Shown here: one piece after another, positions 57,662 through 64,000 of the stretch | How positions within the stretch are numbered: the stretch's first letter is position 1 | Layout of the letters: every line of letters starts with the position of its first letter | DNA from: Treponema sp. | Lineage (GTDB): Bacteria > Spirochaetota > Spirochaetia > Treponematales > Treponemataceae | Direction of reading: 5' to 3' | Assembly: GCA_024402635.1 (NCBI GenBank) | Contig: JAKSTJ010000007.1 | Location: 7,188 to 71,187, forward strand | Length of the DNA stretch: 64,000 nt | The notes under the pieces: model-generated | Told to the model about the DNA's origin: nothing | What the model saw: only the letters and a program-made list of their open reading frames with translations | Databases searched by the model: none | Program-made: the position numbers and the translations under genes

Positions 57662-57970
57662 CTACCTCATTAACTTTTGTAAAGTTGTTACAAGTTCGTC
57701 TATAACTTCATCGTTACCATTGCGAATATTTTCAGCAACACAAGTTTTTACATGATTTGCCAGCAAAACCTTATTAAAACTGTTTAATGCAGAATTAATT
57801 GCAGAAACCTGAACAAGAATATCGGTACAGTAAGAACCTTTTTCCAGCATACCTTCAACGCCTCTTACCTGGCCTTCAATTCTTTTAAGACGATTCATTA
57901 AATCTTTAATTTCTGATTCATCTCTGTCTTTGTGCTTTTCTGAACAACAGCACTCACAAGTTTCTTCCAT
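57662..57970 (-). CDS. csoR: CsoR-family metal-sensing repressor
   Basis: RLKRIEGQVRG, YCTDIL, HVKTC; start MEETC after AAGGAG. Confidence 0.9.
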   Translation of the reverse strand: MEETCECCCSEKHKDRDESEIKDLMNRLKRIEGQVRGVEGMLEKGSYCTDILVQVSAINSALNSFNKVLLANHVKTCVAENIRNGNDEVIDELVTTLQKLMR

Positions 57971-57990
57971 TGTTTTCTCCTTAACACAAA

Positions 57991-58009
57991 TATACCCCTG
58001 TAGGGTATA
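57991..58009. promoter_or_regulatory. CsoR operator TATACCC-CTGTA-GGGTATA
   Basis: C/G-tract palindrome typical of CsoR operators, next to a TTGACC -35 box (58013-58018, minus strand). Confidence 0.8.
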
Positions 58010-58028
58010 CACGGTCAAGGAAAAAAAT

Positions 58029-58424
58029 TTAGAATTTTACAACTATAGGTGCAGCCGTAAAACTTGAAATAGTTGCAGTTGCATTTTTAAAATATAAAAC
58101 TTCTGTATTATCATCTGTTGCAGAATACATTGCTTTTAAATCAGGATAGTGATTCAACATATCTTCTTTTGCTTCAATTCTTTCATCACGAACCAATTCT
58201 CCAGCAAGACGTAACCATGCACCACCGTTAAAACAGCAAAGTTCAACTTTTGGATTTGCCTGAATCTGTTTAGAACAATCTTTCTTTTTTCCAGTCTGAA
58301 TATAAAGTTTTCCATCAAAAATATTGATTGTTCCAAAAGGGCGAACTCTTGGCTGACCATCTGAATCTACAGTTGCAAGATAATAAGTTCCGCAAGCTTT
58401 AATAAATTCATAAATTTCTTCCAT
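58029..58424 (-). CDS. Pyridoxamine 5'-phosphate oxidase family protein
   Basis: YLATVD..QPRVRPFG, NPKVELC. Confidence 0.88.
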   Translation of the reverse strand: MEEIYEFIKACGTYYLATVDSDGQPRVRPFGTINIFDGKLYIQTGKKKDCSKQIQANPKVELCCFNGGAWLRLAGELVRDERIEAKEDMLNHYPDLKAMYSATDDNTEVLYFKNATATISSFTAAPIVVKF

Positions 58425-58472
58425 AACAAAAACTCCTATCTTTTATAAAATTAATCAGTTCTTTTTAGTAAA

Positions 58473-59948
58473 TCAATCAAAACTTTTTATTTCCCAAAAA
58501 TTACAATCTATTTTTTCCGTAGAATTATTTTCAAAAATTAAATCCGATTCATTTTCAGAAAGAAAAAAAGTATTTGTAAAAGCCATTTTTCCTTCATTAA
58601 TAAACACTTCCAGAGAACAAGTATCACCAAGAATTTGAAGTTCTATTTCTTCCGATTCCAGTTTTGCTTTTCTATAAGAAATATTTCCAGGATTAAGAGA
58701 TGAATTTCTAACAAAGGCAATAAAATTTTTTGTAAGATTGATTTCTAATTCAACTGTTTCCTTCCGACCTAGAACTATTTTTACATTTCCAGAAGTTTTT
58801 GCCGGAATTTTTACATCCATTTCAAAATGCCGCTTTTGTTTTGAAAAAACTTCCACAGATTTTCCAGAATCAATTTCCAGTGATTTTTGATTGATTTTGT
58901 ATTTTTCCAATTCTCTAACCGGTAGCTGATATAATCTGCCGTTTTTAAATGAAAGTTCCCTTGGAATTGTCATCATTCCAGACCATAGATAATTTTCTGG
59001 CGTGATATAGGATTCCCATGACTGCATCCATCCAATCATAATTGTTCTGCCGTCAGAAAGTTTTGTTGTTTCAGGAGCGTAAAAATCAATTCCGTAATCA
59101 ATCTGAGCCGCTGTATATCCGTTTTCATTTCTTATTTCCCGATAAAACTTACAATCCTGATAGTTTAATTCACCACTTATATAAACACTATTGTTTCCAT
59201 CATGAAAACCTAAATCATAATTTTCCTGAACTTCCTGAGGAGAAAAAATCAATAAATCTTTTCCATCAAGAGATAAAACATCAGGACATTCCCACATTTT
59301 ACTTAAACCGTCTTTGCTTGAATCCAGAATTCCTTTGTATTTCCAGTTGATTTTATTTTTTGATTCAAACAAAACAATGGCACCACATTCATTTAATTGT
59401 TTAATGACGCAGGCCATGTAATAAATTCCGTCTTTTTTCCAGATTTTTGGATCACGAAAATGCTCTATATTAAATTCAAATGGAATATCTTTTGCAGTTA
59501 AAACCGGATTTTTTTCTGATTTTTGATATACTTCGCCATTTCCAACCGCAATACACTGATTTTGAATATCAATTTTACCATTACTGGAAACACCTGTATA
59601 AACCAGAAAATGATCTTTTTCATCCTGAATTGCAGTTCCAGAAAAACAACCTTTTAAATCTGCCGAAGAATCAGGAGCAAGAGCCACAGGAAGTAATTTC
59701 CAATTAATCATATCCTCAGAAACCACATGTCCCCAATGCATTGGCCCCCATTTTGTAGAATAGGGATGATATTGATAAAAAAGATGAACTTTACCATTGT
59801 ACTGCGAAAAACCATTCGGATCGTTACACCATCCCCCTGGAGTTGAAAAATGAAAACCAGGCCTCTGATCTAAAATTTCCCTGGACGAATTGATTTTTGA
59901 GAAAAGTTCTTTCTGAGTTTCCGTAGCCTTAAAAAGAGAATCTGTCAT
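58473..59948 (-). CDS. GH32 beta-fructofuranosidase / sucrose-6-phosphate hydrolase
   Basis: WCNDPNG, MHWGH, FSG, FRDP, WECP, FYAP. Confidence 0.92.
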   Translation of the reverse strand: MTDSLFKATETQKELFSKINSSREILDQRPGFHFSTPGGWCNDPNGFSQYNGKVHLFYQYHPYSTKWGPMHWGHVVSEDMINWKLLPVALAPDSSADLKGCFSGTAIQDEKDHFLVYTGVSSNGKIDIQNQCIAVGNGEVYQKSEKNPVLTAKDIPFEFNIEHFRDPKIWKKDGIYYMACVIKQLNECGAIVLFESKNKINWKYKGILDSSKDGLSKMWECPDVLSLDGKDLLIFSPQEVQENYDLGFHDGNNSVYISGELNYQDCKFYREIRNENGYTAAQIDYGIDFYAPETTKLSDGRTIMIGWMQSWESYITPENYLWSGMMTIPRELSFKNGRLYQLPVRELEKYKINQKSLEIDSGKSVEVFSKQKRHFEMDVKIPAKTSGNVKIVLGRKETVELEINLTKNFIAFVRNSSLNPGNISYRKAKLESEEIELQILGDTCSLEVFINEGKMAFTNTFFLSENESDLIFENNSTEKIDCNFWEIKSFD

Positions 59949-59965
59949 AAAACTAATTGTACCAC

Positions 59966-60396
59966 TCTTTTTCGGTTCATGCCGATAAAAGATTTTTGAA
60001 CACGTGGGAAGTTTTCTTTATTTTTTTTCGTTACTGGGACCCGCTTTTTCCTCTTTTCTTTGGTTATAAAAAAATTCTTTTCTGTTTAATCTAAGCGGGA
60101 CGTAGAAAAACAAATAAAGGTGGGACCCGCGGAAAAAATCTTTTTCGGTTCATGCCGACAAAAGATTTTTGAACACGTGGGAGGTTTCCTTTATTTTTTT
60201 TCGTTACTGGGACCCGCTTTTTTCCTCTTCTCTTTGGTTATAAAAAAATTCTTTTCTGTTTAATCTAAGCGGGACGTAGAAAAACAAATAAAGGTGGGAC
60301 CCGCGGAAAAAATCTTTTTCGGTTCATGCCGATAAAAGATTTTTGAATACGTGGGAAGTTTCCTTTATTTTTTTTCGTTACTGGGACCCGCTTTTT
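59966..60396. repeat. Tandem array of about 2.5 x 173-174 bp non-coding units, each containing a 127-nt imperfect hairpin
   Basis: Units start at 59966, 60139 and 60313 and are near-identical. Confidence 0.9.
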
Positions 60397-60411
60397 AAAC
60401 AATTGTTAAAA

Positions 60412-60837
60412 CTATTTTTTTATAAACCAAAGCCCTACAAGACAGATTATCACCCCAACCACTTTACTCCAGTTAATGCTTTCCTTATACATAAAAAATC
60501 CAAGAAAAAGCAATGCTATAGCTAAAAATGCATTTGTTACGGTAGCCAAAGTGTTTACTTTCCATCCCGCTTTATACGCAAAAATAAATCCAACTTCCAG
60601 ACCGGTAATCACTATACCTAAAACAACAGTTGCCCAGTTTGTCAGCTTAAACTGCTGTATAATACCAGAACCTTTTGTTGAAATAAAAAATAAAATCCCA
60701 GAAACCAAAGTTGCAACGGCATAAGTTACAGTCATTGATGCAAAAGTATTCATTTCCTGTGGAATTCCTTTTGCACAAATCTGATAAACAATATTTGATA
60801 ACACAATTAATGCTACCGGCCAGATATAATTAAACAT
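60412..60837 (-). CDS. EamA-family transporter
   Basis: Small hydrophobic protein; GLEVGFIFAYKAGW. Confidence 0.8.
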   Translation of the reverse strand: MFNYIWPVALIVLSNIVYQICAKGIPQEMNTFASMTVTYAVATLVSGILFFISTKGSGIIQQFKLTNWATVVLGIVITGLEVGFIFAYKAGWKVNTLATVTNAFLAIALLFLGFFMYKESINWSKVVGVIICLVGLWFIKK

Positions 60838-60882
60838 GAGAATGATTATATTTTATAAAAAAACTATGAACAACTATTCTTA

Positions 60883-62049
60883 TTAATTTTTTTCTTTCAT
60901 TAATAAATAGCATCGAATTAGAAGATAGATTTCTTCCTGAGAAGTATTTTCTTCCAAATCCAGAAGTTCTTCTGCTTTTTTAATTCTATATCGAATTGTA
61001 TTTGTATGCTGAAAACACTCCAGACTGGTTTTTCCAAAATCTCCGTTATTATTTACATAAGAAATCAAAGTTTTTATTAAAGTTGATTCATGCTGTTTAT
61101 CATAATTTTCAAGAATTGCTATTTTCTTTTTAACTTCAGCACACATTATTTCATTTTCGATTACAGTCAAAACATATTTATATACACCAACATATGTATA
61201 AGAAAGATAATCTTTTTCAAGAAACATACAGATTTTTACTGCAATTTTTGATTTATAAACACTTTCTCTAAGTTTAGATAAATCTACTGGTTCTGCATCA
61301 TAACCAATATAAAATAACTCTTCAGAAAAACCGCATTTTTGAAGAATATTTTTTATATCTATCATTGCTTTAACATTTTTAGCTTCATCTTCTGAAAAAC
61401 TGGAAATTAAAACAATATTGTATCCATTTTTTACAAAAGTCCATGGAGTTTCTGTTTCCATTTTTGAACTGTGATACATCAGTTTATCAAAATATGTATG
61501 AACCTGAAGATTTGTTGCAGTTTCTTTTGAAACTAAAGTTGCAGTTATTACTTTATTTTTAAAACCAGGATTTATTTCTAAAGCAATTCGTCTCACTTCT
61601 TCTTCAGAATTCTTTTCATCCATAATCATATTAAGTTTTTCTTCATGAACAATATATTGAGCACGAGTTTTCATAGATTCATTTATGTTGATAATAAGAT
61701 CTTCCATAAATTCATCATAAAAAGTGAAAATAGGTACGTGTTCATCTTTTGCAAGTTGAATTAAATCTGGTGGCAAATGTTCTTCTGGAAGCATTTTTAA
61801 GGCAATTCCAGAAACATGTTTTTGAATCAATTTTTTTAGAGAGTTATTAACAAGTTCTGGATTCATTGAAGCAAAAAAATAGGAAGCAAGTACAAAATAT
61901 CCATAACAATAACCTGCAAATTGAATACGACTGCTTTCATACTCAAGAATTACTGCTGTTGTAACCGTATTAGTTAAATACTCTTTACCTGTTACAATCT
62001 GAAACTTTTTAAATAATGTTAGACTTAGAATCTCATTTACAGTAATCAT
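60883..62049 (-). CDS. PucR-family regulator
   Basis: MITVNEIL N-terminus; YDKQH...TL..Y...HTNTIRYRIKK HTH. Confidence 0.88.
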   Translation of the reverse strand: MITVNEILSLTLFKKFQIVTGKEYLTNTVTTAVILEYESSRIQFAGYCYGYFVLASYFFASMNPELVNNSLKKLIQKHVSGIALKMLPEEHLPPDLIQLAKDEHVPIFTFYDEFMEDLIININESMKTRAQYIVHEEKLNMIMDEKNSEEEVRRIALEINPGFKNKVITATLVSKETATNLQVHTYFDKLMYHSSKMETETPWTFVKNGYNIVLISSFSEDEAKNVKAMIDIKNILQKCGFSEELFYIGYDAEPVDLSKLRESVYKSKIAVKICMFLEKDYLSYTYVGVYKYVLTVIENEIMCAEVKKKIAILENYDKQHESTLIKTLISYVNNNGDFGKTSLECFQHTNTIRYRIKKAEELLDLEENTSQEEIYLLIRCYLLMKEKN

Positions 62050-62073
62050 AATAGGCCCCAGTTAAAAAAAAAT

Positions 62074-62114
62074 AAGGGCGCAACGACCATGTTATGCACG
62101 TCATTGCGCCCTTT
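62074..62114 (-). terminator. Terminator-like hairpin
   Basis: AAGGGCGCAA...TTGCGCCCTT, with a T-run on the minus strand, downstream of the MFS gene. Confidence 0.6.
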
Positions 62115-62153
62115 AAAAATTAAAATATCTATAGTTAATTCTTATCAAATCTT

Positions 62154-63362
62154 TTATTTTTTTTCAAGATTAAAAGCTTTTTTTTTAACTTTAATTGTTG
62201 CTGCATAGGCACTATTACACAAACCAAGTACTGCAGAAACAATAAATAATGTTTCAATTCCAAGTTTTTGCCAGATCCATCCGCCAAAAAGAGCAATAAA
62301 AATAGTAATCATATGATTAACTGAAATTCCTGTAGAAATTGTTGCTCTCATTTCTTCTTTACTATCAGAAATATCCTGAACATAAACGTTAGATGCCATA
62401 GAGGCCAGTGAAATAACTGAATCTAAAACATAATTTATACAACAAATTATAAATGCCACATTTTTAGGAAAAAGATGATGAGCAAATCCATAGAAGAAAC
62501 ATACAATTACAAGAATCAATGTATCTCCAACCATTACAGGTTTATATCCGATTTTATCTACCAGTTTACCAACCACTGGAGAGAGAATAAAACAGGAAAT
62601 TGCAGATACAGCAAAAAGTAAACTGATTACAGAAGCATTTGCACCATAAAACAAAATCAAAACGTAAGGTCCAAAAGTAAAGAAAACCTGTTTTCGTGCC
62701 CCGTAGAATATTTCCAGCATATAGTATTTTGTAAATTTCTTTCTAAAATAAAATCTGCTTTTAGTTTTATCAGTTTCACTTTTTCCAGAAAGACGTAATG
62801 CTAACATCAATGATAAAATCATAAGTGTAGTCGCAGCAAAGAAAAATGGCTGATATATTGCTTTTGCAGAAACAAACCAGAAAAGAATAATTACAACAAA
62901 ATAACCAACAAGATTTCCAATCTGATAAATTGCATTCTGATATCCTAAAGCCTGTCCCCCTTGTCCCGCTTTTGAATATTCCAAAGACAAAGTATTTTTC
63001 ATTCCCAATTGAATATGTTCACCTGTTGAATAAAGGAAAATAGAAAAAATAACCAGAGCTTTGTAAGGAGGAACTATAGCTAAAAGTCCCATTCCTGCAA
63101 CCATAATTATTCCGCCTAACTTATACATTTTTTCTGCAGAAAACTTATAAAACAAAGCAAGAATAAAAATCAGCATAAAACCAGGTAATTCACGGAAAAA
63201 TTCCGTAACACCACGATCCATTTCTCCCATACCAACAATTTCGGCAAGATAATTATCAATTATACCTTTATGAAGCCCATAACCAATAGACATCATTAAT
63301 ATAGATAAAAACAAAGTTTTCCATTTTGTTCCATCTTTAAAAACTGCTGCAATTTTTCCCAT
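62154..63362 (-). CDS. MFS transporter
   Basis: About 12 TM segments; FRELPG, GKLVDKIGYK. Confidence 0.88.
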   Translation of the reverse strand: MGKIAAVFKDGTKWKTLFLSILMMSIGYGLHKGIIDNYLAEIVGMGEMDRGVTEFFRELPGFMLIFILALFYKFSAEKMYKLGGIIMVAGMGLLAIVPPYKALVIFSIFLYSTGEHIQLGMKNTLSLEYSKAGQGGQALGYQNAIYQIGNLVGYFVVIILFWFVSAKAIYQPFFFAATTLMILSLMLALRLSGKSETDKTKSRFYFRKKFTKYYMLEIFYGARKQVFFTFGPYVLILFYGANASVISLLFAVSAISCFILSPVVGKLVDKIGYKPVMVGDTLILVIVCFFYGFAHHLFPKNVAFIICCINYVLDSVISLASMASNVYVQDISDSKEEMRATISTGISVNHMITIFIALFGGWIWQKLGIETLFIVSAVLGLCNSAYAATIKVKKKAFNLEKK

Positions 63363-63374
63363 TATACTTTCTGA

Positions 63375-64000
63375 TTAATAATCAGCCTCAATCTTTTTCA
63401 TTTCATCATATAAAAATTTATTTACAGGAACATCCATTTTATACTTTTCTGCCAGTTCAATTACTGTTCCCGCAAACATTTCAACTTCACTAAGTCTACA
63501 GGCTTTTCTATCCTGAGCCATTGAAGGAAATCCATCTGGTGCCAGAGTTTTAATAATATCAATATAAGTCTGAACTTCTGAATCTTTTAAATTAATTCCT
63601 TCATATTTAGAAAGTTCTACAACTTCTTTCATTGCATTTACAAAAATATCCATTATTTTTCCAGGAGTTGTTGCCTTTTCATAAGTTGTATCAAACACAG
63701 CACAAGTCTGATTAATTCCAACATTAAGCATCCATTTTGCCCACATACGATACATAATGTTTTCTTCTATTTTGTAAGGCATTTCAACTTTATCAAAAAA
63801 ATCTTTTACTGCCAGCAAATTTTCATCAGATTTTGCTTCATCAGGATTTCCAATAAAAAGTAAACCATATTTTGTATAAACCAGATTAGAACCGTCCCTC
63901 ATAGCATCCATACCCTGAGCAACAGTCATTAAAAGTTTATCCATGCCATATCTTTTACCAATAATTTTTTCACTGGAGATTCCGTTCATTACAGAAATAA
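63375..64000 (-). CDS. panE: Ketopantoate reductase family (3' part; 5' end beyond the window)
   Basis: MNGI.SE, MWAKWMLNVGIN, PSMAQD, EVEMFAG, PVN; frame is open to the window end. Confidence 0.82.
   Translation of the reverse strand, partial: ISVMNGISSEKIIGKRYGMDKLLMTVAQGMDAMRDGSNLVYTKYGLLFIGNPDEAKSDENLLAVKDFFDKVEMPYKIEENIMYRMWAKWMLNVGINQTCAVFDTTYEKATTPGKIMDIFVNAMKEVVELSKYEGINLKDSEVQTYIDIIKTLAPDGFPSMAQDRKACRLSEVEMFAGTVIELAEKYKMDVPVNKFLYDEMKKIEADY

Noticed and set aside
59966-60396. CRISPR array or attC array
   Set aside because: Linkers are near-identical rather than unique spacers, units are too long, no cas genes are present, and the ends lack the RYYYAAC/GTTRRRY cores.
510-60724. Numerous short overlapping or antisense ORFs in the track (e.g. 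1018-1416, 13888-14355, 17569-18081, 39099-39665)
   Set aside because: Shadows of well-supported genes, with no RBS or recognisable motif.
63887-63899. Additional GGGAC recombination-like site (AGAACCGTCCCT)
   Set aside because: Lies within the intact panE frame with no associated junction.

Overview
AT-rich bacterial chromosomal window, most likely a gut or rumen Treponema-like spirochaete. That assignment is inferred from spirochaete-type lipoproteins, an InlB-repeat/FGE-sulfatase lipoprotein and a probable outer-membrane protein, set among Firmicutes-like metabolic genes. About 65 genes are present: a LysR-controlled sulfur-amino-acid cluster, a variable stress/detox region (GNATs, XRE-PIN toxin-antitoxin modules, flavoproteins), oppBCDFA, sdaAB/sdaAA, MATE/DMT/MFS transporters, a macrodomain/ADP-ribosylhydrolase pair, csoR-copA, GH26 and GH32. 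I saw no rRNA, tRNA, CRISPR, transposase, integrase or reverse transcriptase. Main observations: (1) Three paralogous ~550-aa ECF sigma factors each carry an in-frame Shine-Dalgarno plus ATG at the end of sigma region 4, just before a winged-HTH domain, and each has an upstream CC(A/G)ACC-N16-C..(T/C)ATATAT motif that co-varies with the sigma sequence. This suggests a one-gene, two-protein sigma/regulator system. (2) A 2,541-bp-periodic duplication encloses an HNH/SUKH-like cassette, and its novel junction falls on a recurring GTCCCC core. (3) Several families of non-coding palindromic, cloverleaf and tandem-hairpin elements. (4) Several pseudogenes. All annotation was done by eye from the sequence and the ORF track; no database searches were run.
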